Sequence record: OZ371831.1
Length of the DNA stretch: 32,000 nucleotides
Direction: 5' to 3' (one strand)
Both the position numbers and the translations under genes were made by a program. Below the pieces are notes generated by a model. That model made no database searches. It saw nothing but the letters and a program-made list of their open reading frames with translations, and was not told the DNA's origin. This document shows, piece by piece, positions 9,896 through 19,841 of this stretch. Positions within the stretch are counted from its first letter, which is position 1, and the number at the start of each line of letters is the position of its first letter.

Positions 9896-11323
9896 ATGTC
9901 ACCGCAAACTCAAACAATGACTCAGTCTGGATTCAAGGCTGGAGTTAAGGATTACCGTTTAACTTACTACACTCCTGATTACCAGGTGCAAGCAACTGAT
10001 ATTCTTGCAGCATTCCGTATGACACCACAACCAGGTGTACCTTGTGAGGAGTGTGGAGCAGCAGTAGCAGCTGAGTCATCAACTGGTACATGGACAACTG
10101 TATGGACTGATGGTCTTACTCAGCTTGACCGTTACAAGGGTCGTTGTTACGATCTTGAGCCAGTTCCAGGTGAAGATAACCAATACATCGCATACATTGC
10201 TTACCCAATCGATTTATTTGAGGAAGGGTCAGTAACTAACCTTTTCACATCTATTGTAGGTAACGTATTTGGTTTCAAAGCACTTCGTGCACTTCGTTTA
10301 GAAGATTTACGTATTCCAGTAGCTTACTGTAAGACTTTCCAGGGTGCTCCTCACGGAATCCAGGTTGAGCGTGATAAGTTAAACAAGTACGGACGTGGTC
10401 TCCTTGGATGTACTATTAAGCCTAAGCTTGGACTTTCTGCTAAGAACTACGGTCGTGCAGTATACGAGTGTCTTCGTGGTGGTCTTGACTTCACTAAGGA
10501 TGATGAGAACGTAAACTCTCAGCCATTCATGCGTTGGCGTGACCGTTTCCTTTTCTGTGCTGAGGCTATTTACAAGGCTCAAGCTGAGACTGGGGAAATT
10601 AAGGGGCACTACCTTAACGTAACTGCTGCTACATCTGAAGAGATGATCAAGCGTGCTAAGTGTGCTAAGGAATTAGGAATGCCTATTGTTATGCATGACT
10701 ACATTACTGGTGGTTTCACTGCAAACACTTCACTTGCACTTTACTGTCGTGATGAAGGACTTCTTCTTCACATTCACCGTGCAATGCACGCAGTAATTGA
10801 CCGTCAGCGTAACCACGGTATTCACTTCCGTGTACTTGCTAAGGCTCTTCGTCTTTCTGGAGGTGACCACCTTCACTCAGGAACTGTAGTAGGTAAGCTT
10901 GAAGGTGAGCGTAACGTAACTCTTGGTTTCGTTGACCTTATGCGTGATCCAATCGTTGAGAAGGACCGTGACCGTGGAGTTTACTTCACTCAGAACTGGG
11001 GATCTCTCCCTGGTGTAATGCCAGTAGCTTCTGGTGGTATTCACGTATGGCACATGCCAGCTCTCGTAGAGATCTTTGGTGATGACGCTTGTTTACAGTT
11101 TGGTGGTGGTACTCTTGGACACCCATGGGGTAACGCTCCAGGTGCATCTGCTAACCGTGTAGCTCTTGAGGCTTGTACTCAAGCTCGTAACGAAGGTCGT
11201 GACCTCGCTCGTGAGGGTGGAGATGTTATCCGTGCAGCTTGTAAGTGGTCTCCTGAGCTTGCAGCAGCATGTGAAGTATGGAAAGAGATTAAGTTCGAAT
11301 TCGATACTGTAGATACTCTCTAA
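9896..11323 (+). CDS. rbcL: RuBisCO large subunit, form IB
   Basis: The 475-aa product contains [18 protein letters not shown], the carbamylation region [19 protein letters not shown], and the green-type C-terminus [14 protein letters not shown]. Confidence 0.99.
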   Translation: MSPQTQTMTQSGFKAGVKDYRLTYYTPDYQVQATDILAAFRMTPQPGVPCEECGAAVAAESSTGTWTTVWTDGLTQLDRYKGRCYDLEPVPGEDNQYIAYIAYPIDLFEEGSVTNLFTSIVGNVFGFKALRALRLEDLRIPVAYCKTFQGAPHGIQVERDKLNKYGRGLLGCTIKPKLGLSAKNYGRAVYECLRGGLDFTKDDENVNSQPFMRWRDRFLFCAEAIYKAQAETGEIKGHYLNVTAATSEEMIKRAKCAKELGMPIVMHDYITGGFTANTSLALYCRDEGLLLHIHRAMHAVIDRQRNHGIHFRVLAKALRLSGGDHLHSGTVVGKLEGERNVTLGFVDLMRDPIVEKDRDRGVYFTQNWGSLPGVMPVASGGIHVWHMPALVEIFGDDACLQFGGGTLGHPWGNAPGASANRVALEACTQARNEGRDLAREGGDVIRAACKWSPELAAACEVWKEIKFEFDTVDTL

Positions 11324-11369
11324 TCAGTAACCTTTTATATAAGAATGTAATTCTTATATTTAAGTCTTT

Positions 11370-11397
11370 GTGCCCTAGTACGCAAGTACTAGGGCAC
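11370..11397 (+). terminator. rbcL 3' stem-loop
   Basis: GTGCCCTAGTAC-GCAA-GTACTAGGGCAC is a perfect 12-bp stem, 47 nt after the stop. Confidence 0.65.
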
Positions 11398-11445
11398 CTA
11401 TTCCAATGCGAATAGACTATTCATCTATTACCGAGGTATCATATC

Positions 11446-11559
11446 ATGGTTGAAACACTTCTTTCTGGAATTGTTCTTGGACTCATCCCGGTTACTCTTT
11501 CTGGGCTCTTCGTGACAGCCTACCTTCAGTACCGTCGTGGAGATCAATTAAATCTTTAA
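11446..11559 (+). CDS. petG: Cytochrome b6f subunit V
   Basis: The 37-aa product [37 protein letters not shown] matches PetG ([26 protein letters not shown]). Confidence 0.96.
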   Translation: MVETLLSGIVLGLIPVTLSGLFVTAYLQYRRGDQLNL

Positions 11560-11587
11560 GATTATTGATTTTCAATATAAGCATTCC

Positions 11588-11662
11588 ATGCGCCACGTGC
11601 GGGGCGAATCGCAATGGTTGCTGTTGCAGCTTATACAAGGAACGCCCCATCCCACTGGCCAT
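11588..11662. other. GC-rich structured island in the petG/petA convergent spacer
   Basis: By eye this is a distinctly GC-rich stretch within AT-rich flanks. GGGGCG (11601-11606) pairs with CGCCCC (11643-11648). Outer imperfect pairing (GTG/CAC, GCC/GGC, AT/AT) extends the stem to about 11588/11662. I found no tRNA cloverleaf and no credible ORF. Confidence 0.35.
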
Positions 11663-11724
11663 TTTTTATTATAATAACGAAAGATTTACTCTATTATTGA
11701 TCTCTACTCTATTGATTTATATGG

Positions 11725-11755
11725 AACGAACCCAGGGATAATCCATGGGTTCGTT
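11725..11755 (-). terminator. petA 3' stem-loop
   Basis: AACGAACCCA (11725-11734) pairs with TGGGTTCGTT (11746-11755), ending 12 nt downstream of the petA stop. Confidence 0.55.
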
Positions 11756-11766
11756 TGATTTATGCA

Positions 11767-12690
11767 TTAGAAGTTCATTTCTGAAAGTTGTACTTTCTCG
11801 AATTGCTTCTTCTTAAGAACAAGGAATACTTGTGCAATAAGAACAAAACCAAGGAAAATAATAAGACCTTGAAGACGAGCTGGGTTTTGGAGTACAATTT
11901 CTGTTTCTCCTTGTCCGAAACCACCTACATTAGGGTTATTAGTTAATGGTTGATCTGCTTGTACTGCTTGCCCTACAGCTACAAGAATATCTGGACCAGT
12001 TGGGATTGCTGTTGTTGACTTATCCCCAGTTGCAGATGTAATAATAATATCTACACCTTTATCAGTTGTATTAATAGCACTTACTGTACCAGTAGCTGGT
12101 GAGTTGTATACAGTGTTGTTACTCTTTGTTCCATCTGGATATACTTGCCCACGCCCACGGTTACCACCAAGGTAAATTGGGTATGTAAGGTAGTTTACAT
12201 CTTTAGATTTCGATGGATCTGGAGCAAGAATTGGGAAAACCATTTCACTGTACTTTTTACCAGGAACTGGACCTACAATAAGAATGTTTTTCTTATCTTC
12301 ACTGTACGGTTGGAAATAAAGTTTTCCAACTTTCTCTTGAAGTTCTGCAGACATACGCTCAGGTGGCGCAATTTGGAATCCTTCTGGAAGAATAAGAACA
12401 GCTCCAACATTTAATGGACCTTTTTTACCGTTTCCGAGAACTTGCTTCACTTGCTGGTCATACGGAATCTTTACTACAGCTTCAAATACTGTATCTGGGA
12501 GTACAGCTTGTGGTACTTCAATATCCACTGGCTTTTGAGCAAGGTGACAGTTTGCACATACAATACGACCCGTTGCTTCACGTGGGTTTTCATACCCATT
12601 TTGAGCATATACTGGGTAAGCATTTGCTGATCCTGTGAATGTGAGCATGAACGCTGCAGCTACAGTCACAAAAAAGTTTTTGTTATTCAT
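11767..12690 (-). CDS. petA: Cytochrome f precursor
   Basis: The 307-aa product has a signal peptide followed by the mature N-terminus [27 protein letters not shown] (heme motif CANCH) and a C-terminal membrane anchor. Confidence 0.98.
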   Translation of the reverse strand: MNNKNFFVTVAAAFMLTFTGSANAYPVYAQNGYENPREATGRIVCANCHLAQKPVDIEVPQAVLPDTVFEAVVKIPYDQQVKQVLGNGKKGPLNVGAVLILPEGFQIAPPERMSAELQEKVGKLYFQPYSEDKKNILIVGPVPGKKYSEMVFPILAPDPSKSKDVNYLTYPIYLGGNRGRGQVYPDGTKSNNTVYNSPATGTVSAINTTDKGVDIIITSATGDKSTTAIPTGPDILVAVGQAVQADQPLTNNPNVGGFGQGETEIVLQNPARLQGLIIFLGFVLIAQVFLVLKKKQFEKVQLSEMNF

Positions 12691-12730
12691 AGTAAACTCT
12701 AATGAAAAATAATCTGAAATTTCCTTTTTA

Positions 12731-12802
12731 CTGGGGCAGAAGGACTCGAACCTCCGGATAACGGAGCCAAAAACCGTCGCCTTACCACTTGGCTATGCCC
12801 CA
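12731..12802 (-). tRNA. trnQ: tRNA-Gln (UUG)
   Basis: The minus strand reads TGGGGCATAGCCAAGTGGTAAGGCGACGGTTTTTGGCTCCGTTATCCGGAGGTTCGAGTCCTTCTGCCCCAG. The acceptor is TGGGGCA/TGCCCCA and the anticodon loop is TTTTGGC. It closely resembles plastid trnQ. Confidence 0.9.
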
Positions 12803-12935
12803 AACTACAATATATTATGAAGGGAGGTGACAAAAAAGTCAATATGTTCCCTCTTGAATCAAAAAATGGGGTATATAGCAGTCAAAAAATTAACACATAC
12901 CCCACTCCAGACTCATATAATACATTTTTACTATC

Positions 12936-13238
12936 TTACCAACTTGCTTTACGTACTCCTGGGAGTAAACATTGGTGTGCCATTTCGCGTAACACATGAC
13001 GTGAAAGCCCGAAATCACGGTAATATCCTTTTGGTCGACCTGTTTGTACACATCGGTTATGTAAACGAACTGGGGCACTATTACGTGGCAATGTCTGTAA
13101 TTGGCGATGAATTGTTACTACTTCACGAATTGAACCTGCATTACGAAGATCTTGCTTAAATTGTGCACGTTTCTGTGCATATTTTTGTACAAGGCGTTGG
13201 CGTTTTGTTTCACGCGCAATCATTGATTTTTTTGCCAT
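12936..13238 (-). CDS. rps14: Ribosomal protein S14
   Basis: The 100-aa product runs [20 protein letters not shown]...[43 protein letters not shown]. Confidence 0.97.
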   Translation of the reverse strand: MAKKSMIARETKRQRLVQKYAQKRAQFKQDLRNAGSIREVVTIHRQLQTLPRNSAPVRLHNRCVQTGRPKGYYRDFGLSRHVLREMAHQCLLPGVRKASW

Positions 13239-13429
13239 ATGTCAAAGAGATTAGGGAGGATTAAAATAATTTGCTCAATCTACTTTTTGAGCAAACGAGT
13301 TCGTGTTTTGAAACACATAGAATTCTTTATAGCTACTTTAGCATATTTTTATTGGTTCGTCATCTTTTTGTCTAAATTGATTTGTGTTCTGTAAGGTTAA
13401 AAAATAAAAAAAATGGAATAAAACTAGAT

Positions 13430-13462
13430 GGTATTTGGTAGGAATATTTCCTACCAAATACC
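13430..13462 (-). terminator. atpA (atp operon) 3' stem-loop
   Basis: GGTATTTGGTAGGAA-TAT-TTCCTACCAAATACC is a perfect 15-bp stem, about 54 nt downstream of the atpA stop. Confidence 0.65.
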
Positions 13463-13515
13463 ATTCATTAGCGAATACGAAGTATTATGTACTTAATAAA
13501 TTGCTTTGATGAAGA

Positions 13516-15036
13516 TTATTTTGCTGTTTCAAGGAACATAGCTGTGTAAGCTGTAATTCCTTCTTTTAACATCTCTTCAGATTCAGGTGACATAGCTTTA
13601 GACTCATTAACTGCACTACTAAATGCAGGCTTGTTTGTCTTCATGTACTCACGAAGTCCTTCAAGGAATGGACGAACTTGTCCTACCTCAAGTTTATCGA
13701 GGTATCCTTTTGTTCCTGTGTAAATAGTTACAACTTGCATGTCTACTGAAAGTGGAGCTGATTGCGCTTGCTTAAGGAGCTCACGTAAACGTACACCACG
13801 TGCGAGTTGATTTTGCGTTGCTTGGTCAAGGTCTGATGCAAACTGTGAGAATGCCTCAAGCTCTGCGAACTGTGCAAGTTCTAACTTAAGTGTTCCAGCA
13901 ACTTGCTTCATTGCTTTAATTTGAGCTGCTGAACCTACACGTGATACTGAAATACCAACGTTAATTGCTGGACGAATACCAGAGTTAAAAAGGTCAGCTG
14001 AAAGGAATACTTGCCCATCAGTAATTGAAATTACGTTTGTTGGAATGTATGCAGCTACATCACCACCTTGTGTTTCAATAATCGGAAGAGCTGTCATACT
14101 TCCTTCCCCTAATGATTCATTAAGCTTCGCTGCACGCTCAAGAAGGCGTGAGTGAAGGTAGAATACATCTCCTGGGTACGCTTCACGACCTGGAGGACGC
14201 TTAAGGAGAAGTGACATCTGACGGTATGCTTGTGCTTGCTTTGAGAGATCATCATAAATGATGAGTGTAGCACGCCCTGAGTACATAAAGTACTCAGCAA
14301 GTGAAGCACCTGTATATGGCGCAAGGTACTGAAGTGTTGCTGGTGCATTTGCATTCTCAGCTACAACAATTGTGTACTCCATTGCTCCAGCATTTGCTAA
14401 AGTTGTTACAATTTGTGCTACTGATGAAGCTTTCTGTCCAATTGCAACATATACACAAATACAGTCACCACCTTTTTGGTTAATGATTGTATCAGTTGCT
14501 ACTGCTGTTTTACCAGTTTGACGGTCACCAATAATTAATTCACGTTGTCCACGTCCAATTGGAATCATCGCATCAATTGATACGAGACCAGTTTGAAGTG
14601 GCTCATATACTGATTTACGAGCAATAATTCCTGGTGCAGGTGACTCAATTAAACGAGTATCTGATGAAGGGATATCACCTTTACCGTCGATTGGGCGAGC
14701 TAATGCATCAACTACACGACCTAAAAATGCTTCTCCAACAGGAACTTGTGCAATTTTTCCAGTTGCTTTTACTGCATCACCTTCTTGGATAGAGAGTCCC
14801 TCACCCATAAGTACAGCACCAACGTTATCTGATTCAAGGTTTAATGCAACACCAATTGTTCCATCCTTGAACTCAAGTAATTCACCAGCCATTACTTTCT
14901 CTAATCCGTAGATTCGAGCAATTCCATCTCCAACTTGAAGTACAGTTCCAACGTTTACAACTTGCGCTTCTTGCGTGTATTGCTCAATCTGTTGACGAAT
15001 AACGCTACTAATTTCATCTGGGCGAATTTTTACCAT
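13516..15036 (-). CDS. atpA: ATP synthase CF1 alpha subunit
   Basis: The product is 506 aa from ATG at 15036 ([20 protein letters not shown]), with GAGGA 4 nt upstream and the P-loop GDRQTGKT. The ORF-track start at 15057 is a TTG giving a non-conserved 7-aa extension. Confidence 0.97.
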   Translation of the reverse strand: MVKIRPDEISSVIRQQIEQYTQEAQVVNVGTVLQVGDGIARIYGLEKVMAGELLEFKDGTIGVALNLESDNVGAVLMGEGLSIQEGDAVKATGKIAQVPVGEAFLGRVVDALARPIDGKGDIPSSDTRLIESPAPGIIARKSVYEPLQTGLVSIDAMIPIGRGQRELIIGDRQTGKTAVATDTIINQKGGDCICVYVAIGQKASSVAQIVTTLANAGAMEYTIVVAENANAPATLQYLAPYTGASLAEYFMYSGRATLIIYDDLSKQAQAYRQMSLLLKRPPGREAYPGDVFYLHSRLLERAAKLNESLGEGSMTALPIIETQGGDVAAYIPTNVISITDGQVFLSADLFNSGIRPAINVGISVSRVGSAAQIKAMKQVAGTLKLELAQFAELEAFSQFASDLDQATQNQLARGVRLRELLKQAQSAPLSVDMQVVTIYTGTKGYLDKLEVGQVRPFLEGLREYMKTNKPAFSSAVNESKAMSPESEEMLKEGITAYTAMFLETAK

Positions 15037-15138
15037 GTGATCCTCGGTTCGATTCAATCTTTGGGATTAATTTTTCACAAATTGGTAAGCTTTTACGACT
15101 CCTTCTGGAGTTCGAAAATGAAGCTAACCGCATAGAGG

Positions 15139-15160
15139 GAAGACAATTCTAGTTGTCTTC
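15139..15160 (-). terminator. Stem-loop between atpF and atpA
   Basis: GAAGACAA-TTCTAG-TTGTCTTC forms an 8-bp stem. It is probably a processing or stability element inside the atp operon. Confidence 0.4.
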
Positions 15161-15223
15161 AAGAGTGTTGAGTAAATAAAAATATGACCCAATCTCTTAG
15201 GAAAATTGCTAAATGGTTCTCTC

Positions 15224-15730
15224 TTAGAGTGAACTATTCATAAGGGCAATTTTCGCATCAATGTATTTACGTTGAAGTTTATCATCCATTTTTGAACGGA
15301 TTCCTTCAATGGCTTTTTCAAAAGCTACACTAATAAGTTGTTGACGGAAAGTGTTTACAACTTTCTCTTCTTCAAGGCGAACTGTTTCTTCTTTAAGATC
15401 ATCAAAACGTTGGTGAAGTTCTTCATAACGCTTTGTTTCTTCAAGACGAAGAGCTTCCATTGTTTTCTGTCCTTCGCTTTGAATCTCTTTTACTTTTTCA
15501 GCAGCAAGAGCAAGCTCAGATTTCGCAGCATCAAGTTCTAATTGTGCTTGCTTAAATCGGTCGTCTGCACTACGGAGACTGCTAAGAATTTTCTCTCGTC
15601 GAGTGTCTAGGATAGATGTTAATGTATCCTTTCCAAGCGAAAAAACGAGTGGAAGAACAACAGCGAGGTTGAGAATGTTAGTTTCAAGAAGATTCGTATT
15701 GAATCCGAATCCTTCTGCAAGTGATACCAT
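15224..15730 (-). CDS. atpF: ATP synthase CF0 subunit I (b)
   Basis: The product is 168 aa from ATG at 15730 (MVSLAEGFGFNTNLLETNILNLAVVL), with GGAGG 9 nt upstream. It has the coiled-coil b-subunit body and no intron. The ORF-track start at 15805 adds 25 non-conserved residues. Confidence 0.93.
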   Translation of the reverse strand: MVSLAEGFGFNTNLLETNILNLAVVLPLVFSLGKDTLTSILDTRREKILSSLRSADDRFKQAQLELDAAKSELALAAEKVKEIQSEGQKTMEALRLEETKRYEELHQRFDDLKEETVRLEEEKVVNTFRQQLISVAFEKAIEGIRSKMDDKLQRKYIDAKIALMNSSL

Positions 15731-15864
15731 TCGTGTGAAACCTCCAGGTAATTTGGAATTTATAAAGTAGAAAAGTGTCACACGTTTAAAGTGTGTATGC
15801 TTCATCTACAGCGTGACTCAGATTTGTTTCTTAATTTAAAGATGAAGTCTGAATCTTAAATAAA

Positions 15865-15898
15865 CTGCCCGAATCGTATTAATTACAGATTCGGGCAG
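15865..15898 (-). terminator. atpH 3' stem-loop
   Basis: CTGCCCGAATC (15865-15875) pairs perfectly with GATTCGGGCAG (15888-15898), giving an 11-bp stem. Confidence 0.55.
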
Positions 15899-15932
15899 AA
15901 AAACATTTCTTTTGGAATTTCAAAAAATGAAA

Positions 15933-16247
<315 letters not shown>

Positions 16248-16405
16248 GTATGTTTTAATTTAATCTTTAAATTGTCTTGCTAAAATAGAATAACTTGAAA
16301 AAATGAGTTTATTTATAAATTCTAAAGAGACCCTCAAGAAGAGAAAAATGAAAAAGACTTAGAAAGATTGTTTTGATGTCTGTTCAAGTTTATGTAAAAG
16401 ATCAA

Positions 16406-16427
16406 GGGCGAATAAAATCATTCGCCC
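16406..16427 (-). terminator. atpI 3' stem-loop
   Basis: GGGCGAAT-AAAATC-ATTCGCCC forms an 8-bp GC-rich stem, 75 nt downstream of the atpI stop. Confidence 0.45.
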
Positions 16428-16502
16428 CATCGGTAATGCTATCCCATGTAAAACTTATATGTATGCATGGACATGCGGAAATATTGAAGAGAACAAGAAG
16501 GA

Positions 16503-17213
16503 TTAGTGCCCTTCAAGTGCTTCTCCAATGTATGCTCCAGCAAGTGTTGCAAAAATAAGTGCTTGAATTGCACTTGTAAAAAGACCAAGGAAAATAAGCG
16601 GGATTGGAATCACAAGAGGGACTAATGATACAAGTACCGCTACTACAAGCTCATCCGCAAGAATGTTTCCAAAAAGACGGAAACTTAATGATAATGGCTT
16701 TGTGAAATCCTCAAGAACGTTAATTGGAAGAAGAATAGGCGTAGGCTCTACATACTTTCCAAAATACTCTAATCCTTTTTTCTTTAATCCTGCGTAGAAA
16801 TACGCCACTGATACTAAAAGAGCAAGTGCTACTGTTGTATTAATATCGTTTGTTGGTGCCCCGAGTTCCCCATTTGGAAGTTCAAGAACTTTCCATGGGA
16901 TAAGTGCACCTGACCAGTTTGAAACAAAGATGAAAAGGAAAAGTGTTCCAATAAATGGTGTCCACGTTAAGTAGTCTTCTCCAATCTGTGTTTTAGCAAT
17001 GTCACGAATGTATTCTACAACGAACTCAGCTAAGTTTTGCCCTCCTTCTGGAACAGGCTTTAATTCACTTGTTGTTACAAGTGCAAATGCAATTACAAGT
17101 CCAAGTACAATCCATGAGTTGATTAATACTTGACCGTGCATTTGGAACCCACCAAGAGTCCAATAAAAATGTTGACCGATTTCCACGGCAGAAATATCGT
17201 ATAAGAAATTCAT
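16503..17213 (-). CDS. atpI: ATP synthase CF0 subunit IV (a)
   Basis: The product is 236 aa from ATG at 17213 ([18 protein letters not shown]...). It contains the conserved [13 protein letters not shown] motif. The codon before the ATG is an in-frame GTG, which the ORF track used as the start. Confidence 0.96.
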   Translation of the reverse strand: MNFLYDISAVEIGQHFYWTLGGFQMHGQVLINSWIVLGLVIAFALVTTSELKPVPEGGQNLAEFVVEYIRDIAKTQIGEDYLTWTPFIGTLFLFIFVSNWSGALIPWKVLELPNGELGAPTNDINTTVALALLVSVAYFYAGLKKKGLEYFGKYVEPTPILLPINVLEDFTKPLSLSFRLFGNILADELVVAVLVSLVPLVIPIPLIFLGLFTSAIQALIFATLAGAYIGEALEGH

Positions 17214-17377
17214 CACCTTTCTCCATGCTTTGATGTCTCACACCGATATCATACCTCATTTTTTCGAAATAACCATGCTGATTCTATTTATTTCAAAAAG
17301 CAAATAAAACTTTTGTTACAAATATATTACTTACACATGTAGATAAAAGGATAAAAAATATCTATAAATTATATTTT

Positions 17378-17462
17378 TGTGGCTGGGGGGATTCGAACCC
17401 CCACGCAGTATAAGCTGCAGGAGATTTTAAGTCTCCAGTGTCTACCATTCCACCACAGCCAC
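17378..17462 (-). tRNA. trnL: tRNA-Leu (UAA), intron-less
   Basis: Class II tRNA on the minus strand with acceptor GTGGCTG/CAGCCAC, anticodon stem GGAGA/TCTCC, loop CTTAAAA, variable arm GCAG-CTTATA-CTGC, T arm GGGGG-TTCGAAT-CCCCC and discriminator A. Confidence 0.93.
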
Positions 17463-17479
17463 AGTCAAAGATAAAAAAT

Positions 17480-17560
17480 TGGGCCGAACTGGATTTGAAC
17501 CAGTGTAGGCAAGCCAGCGGATTTACAGTCCGCCCCCATTAACCACTCGGGCATCGACCC
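17480..17560 (-). tRNA. trnY: tRNA-Tyr (GUA)
   Basis: The minus strand reads GGGTCGATGCCCGAGTGGTTAATGGGGGCGGACTGTAAATCCGC.... The anticodon loop is CTGTAAA. It has a long variable arm, T arm ACTGG-TTCAAAT-CCAGT and discriminator A. Confidence 0.94.
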
Positions 17561-17591
17561 ATTGATGCGAAACCCCACCGTTGATGGGACA

Positions 17592-17672
17592 TGTCTTAGA
17601 GAGGACTCGAACCTCCACGCCGTAAAGCACAAACCCCTCAAGCTTGCGTGTCTACCATTCCACCACTAAGAC
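17592..17672 (-). tRNA. trnL: tRNA-Leu (GAG)
   Basis: Class II tRNA with acceptor GTCTTAG/CTAAGAC and a D region identical in layout to trnL(UAA). The anticodon stem is CAAGC/GTTTG, the loop is TTGAGGG (anticodon GAG, G37), the T arm is GGAGG-TTCGAGT-CCTCT and the discriminator is A. Confidence 0.85.
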
Positions 17673-17689
17673 ATATTCATAGTGTACAG

Positions 17690-17716
17690 GAAAGACTTAA
17701 AGAGTTCAAGTCTTTC
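17690..17716 (-). terminator. Stem-loop downstream of rps9 (end of the ribosomal protein cluster)
   Basis: GAAAGACTT-AAAGAGTTC-AAGTCTTTC forms a 9-bp stem. Confidence 0.45.
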
Positions 17717-17796
17717 TTATACACAAATATTTGCATGAAAAAAATTCAATAGACTTCAAGTTTCGAAGTTTTTTAAATATCTACATAAAAACCAAA

Positions 17797-18183
17797 TTAA
17801 CGCTTTGAAAATTGTGGTGCTTTACGAGCTTTCTTTAATCCATACTTTTTACGCTCTTTCTTAAGAGAATTACGTGTAAGAAATCCATTAGCTTTTAATT
17901 CAGTACGATATGTCTGATCCATTAAACAAAGAGCACGAGCACATCCAAGACGGATTGCGTCGGCTTGTCCAGTAAGACCTCCACCAGTTGTTTGAATAAA
18001 AATATCACATTTGTCTTCAAGCTGGAAAAGTTGTAATGGTTTAAGGATATTCGGGTATTTCCCTTGTAAGTAGATTTGAGCATCGACTTGATTAATTTGA
18101 ATCGTTCCCGTTCCCGGAGAAGCAATTCGAACTTGAGCACTTGCTCGTTTACGTCGTCCAGTGGCCGACCAAATTTGTTGCAT
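17797..18183 (-). CDS. rps9: Ribosomal protein S9
   Basis: The product is 128 aa from ATG at 18183 and ends GLLTRNSL-type [25 protein letters not shown] lies 8 nt upstream. The ORF-track start at 18189 is a TTG. Confidence 0.95.
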   Translation of the reverse strand: MQQIWSATGRRKRASAQVRIASPGTGTIQINQVDAQIYLQGKYPNILKPLQLFQLEDKCDIFIQTTGGGLTGQADAIRLGCARALCLMDQTYRTELKANGFLTRNSLKKERKKYGLKKARKAPQFSKR

Positions 18184-18245
18184 ACACAATCTCCATTGTT
18201 TTTAATAATGCACCTATTTCCTGTTCTTAAAAAACTTAAGGTAAG

Positions 18246-19340
18246 TTAACTTTCAGCTTCATGTGCAAGTTCAACCCCATACGTAGCTAAAGCTTTCGTA
18301 ACTTCTTCAGCTGATTTTTGGCCAAAATTACGTAAAGCTAATAAGCTTGTATAAGATTCATTAGCTAAATCAGCTAAAGTTAGAATTTGCGCACGTTTTA
18401 AACAATTATATGCACGTAATGAGAGTTCTAATTGCTCAATTGCAATACTTTCAAAATAAGCCATTTGTTGGGACGGAGCATCAATTGGTGTTGTTACTTC
18501 ATCAATACCAACAACTGGGCGTGGATCCTGAAGGGTTGCACGTGTAATTTCTGTTAAAATTGCACCAGCATGTTTGAATGCATTATGCGGATGTACACTT
18601 CCATTTGTTGTAATTTCAAAATGAATGTATTCTCCATGTGGTGGCCCATCATGAACAGTGAAATTTACAACCTTTACAGGCATAAAATTCCCATCAATAG
18701 GTTGGAATACGCCAGCTTTTACCTCTTCAATTTGAGGAGTATCTACTTGGCGAGGAGGGTGAAACCCAGTACCATAAGGTTGTGTTGGTTTTTTCCATAC
18801 ACGGTACCCAGTAGCTTGTTCAAGAATAAAAGTTAAATGAAACGGAGTTTCACCATTTACTAAAGTCGCAATTGGTTGTGTTGGGTCGACACAATGTACA
18901 CCTTCAGGTAATTCCATGTCACCTGCACAAATTACACGTGGTTTATAGACTTTAAGTCCACTTGTATTCACAGTGGTTCCTTCATCCAAACTTAAATCCA
19001 TTTGAGTAGAATCAATTGTAATAGTCCCTTGTGGGGCTAATACATCTGGAAATGTATTAAAAAATACAATATCTCTCAAATTTAGAAAAATTTCTACAAC
19101 TGATTCGCGAATGCCAGGAATTGTTGTAAATTCTGTTCTTGTTTGGTTGAGTTTGGCCGCTGTAATTGCAACACCTGGTAAATCATTTAGTAATAAACGT
19201 CGAAATGTATTTCCAAGTGTCACACCCTGTCCTGGAGCTACAGGCCCAAGAACAAGTCGGGCATAATGCTCACGCGAGTTATTTTCTCGGAATTCAACAC
19301 ACTCTAACTTCGCTGAAGAGTTTGGAACAATAAAATTCAT
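18246..19340 (-). CDS. rpoA: RNA polymerase alpha subunit
   Basis: The product is 364 aa from ATG at 19340 (MNFIVPNSSAKLECVEFRENNSREHYARLVLGPVAPGQGVTLGNTFRRLLL). It has the C-terminal domain LELSLRAYNCLKRAQILTLADL. The ORF-track start at 19367 is a GTG. Confidence 0.93.
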   Translation of the reverse strand: MNFIVPNSSAKLECVEFRENNSREHYARLVLGPVAPGQGVTLGNTFRRLLLNDLPGVAITAAKLNQTRTEFTTIPGIRESVVEIFLNLRDIVFFNTFPDVLAPQGTITIDSTQMDLSLDEGTTVNTSGLKVYKPRVICAGDMELPEGVHCVDPTQPIATLVNGETPFHLTFILEQATGYRVWKKPTQPYGTGFHPPRQVDTPQIEEVKAGVFQPIDGNFMPVKVVNFTVHDGPPHGEYIHFEITTNGSVHPHNAFKHAGAILTEITRATLQDPRPVVGIDEVTTPIDAPSQQMAYFESIAIEQLELSLRAYNCLKRAQILTLADLANESYTSLLALRNFGQKSAEEVTKALATYGVELAHEAES

Positions 19341-19448
19341 AGTGGTTGTAAATATTCGTTGATACACACGAGCATGATCTTATCAAATATGTTTTTTCTT
19401 TGTTTTAACAAAACTTAATTGTTTGCTGGAACAAAGGCATACTCGTGA

Positions 19449-19841
19449 TTAAACACGACGTTTCTTTGGTGGTCGACATCCATTATGAGGTAAGGGAGTC
19501 ACGTCACGGATTAACGTCACGCCTAAACCAAGTTGTTGAAGTGCACGAATAGCCATTTCACGTCCAGCACCTGGTCCTTTAACCATCACATCTACATATT
19601 TTAAACCATAGTCGAGTGATTTACGTGCAGCTTCTTCAGCTGCTGTTTGAGCAGCAAATGGAGTACCTTTTCGTGCTCCACGGAATCCGCATGCTCCTGC
19701 AGATGATGAAGCAATCACCATCCCAGAACGGTCACTAATTGTAACCAATGTATTATTAAACGTGGCTAAAATATGTACAACGCCACGTTGTACCTTTCGG
19801 CGGGCTTTTTTCTGTACGCCTTTACGCTGTTTAGTAGCCAT
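19449..19841 (-). CDS. rps11: Ribosomal protein S11
   Basis: The 130-aa product contains [29 protein letters not shown] and [16 protein letters not shown]. Confidence 0.97.
   Translation of the reverse strand: MATKQRKGVQKKARRKVQRGVVHILATFNNTLVTISDRSGMVIASSSAGACGFRGARKGTPFAAQTAAEEAARKSLDYGLKYVDVMVKGPGAGREMAIRALQQLGLGVTLIRDVTPLPHNGCRPPKKRRV

Noticed and set aside
11479-11649. A 56-aa minus-strand ORF (MASGMGRSLYKLQQQPLRF...) starting in the GC-rich island and running antisense into petG. A 28-aa plus-strand ORF (MRHVRGESQW...) also lies in the island.
   Set aside because: They show no similarity to any small plastid protein (petL, petN, psbT, psbM, rpl32, rpl36). They are not hydrophobic, lack an SD sequence, and one overlaps petG antisense. 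An RNA-structure explanation is more parsimonious.
11581-11665. The possibility that the GC-rich island is a tRNA, tmRNA or RNase P RNA fragment.
   Set aside because: It has no GTTCRANNC T-loop and no acceptor or anticodon arm arrangement on either strand. It is also far too short for rnpB or ssrA.
12827-13159. A 110-aa plus-strand ORF, and ORFs at 12817-12999 and 12890-13078.
   Set aside because: They lie antisense to, or overlapping, rps14 and its 3' spacer. rps14 on the minus strand is unambiguous.
15037-15057. N-terminal extensions in the ORF track for seven genes. These are atpA (15057), atpF (15805), atpH (16214), atpI (17216), rps9 (18189), rpoA (19367), rps8 (20600) and rpl2 (23828).
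   Set aside because: Except for atpF (whose track start at 15805 is an ATG), the extensions begin at TTG or GTG. They add non-conserved residues ahead of the family-typical N-terminus. They also bypass the Shine-Dalgarno-like sequences that precede the internal ATG, so I used the internal ATG starts.
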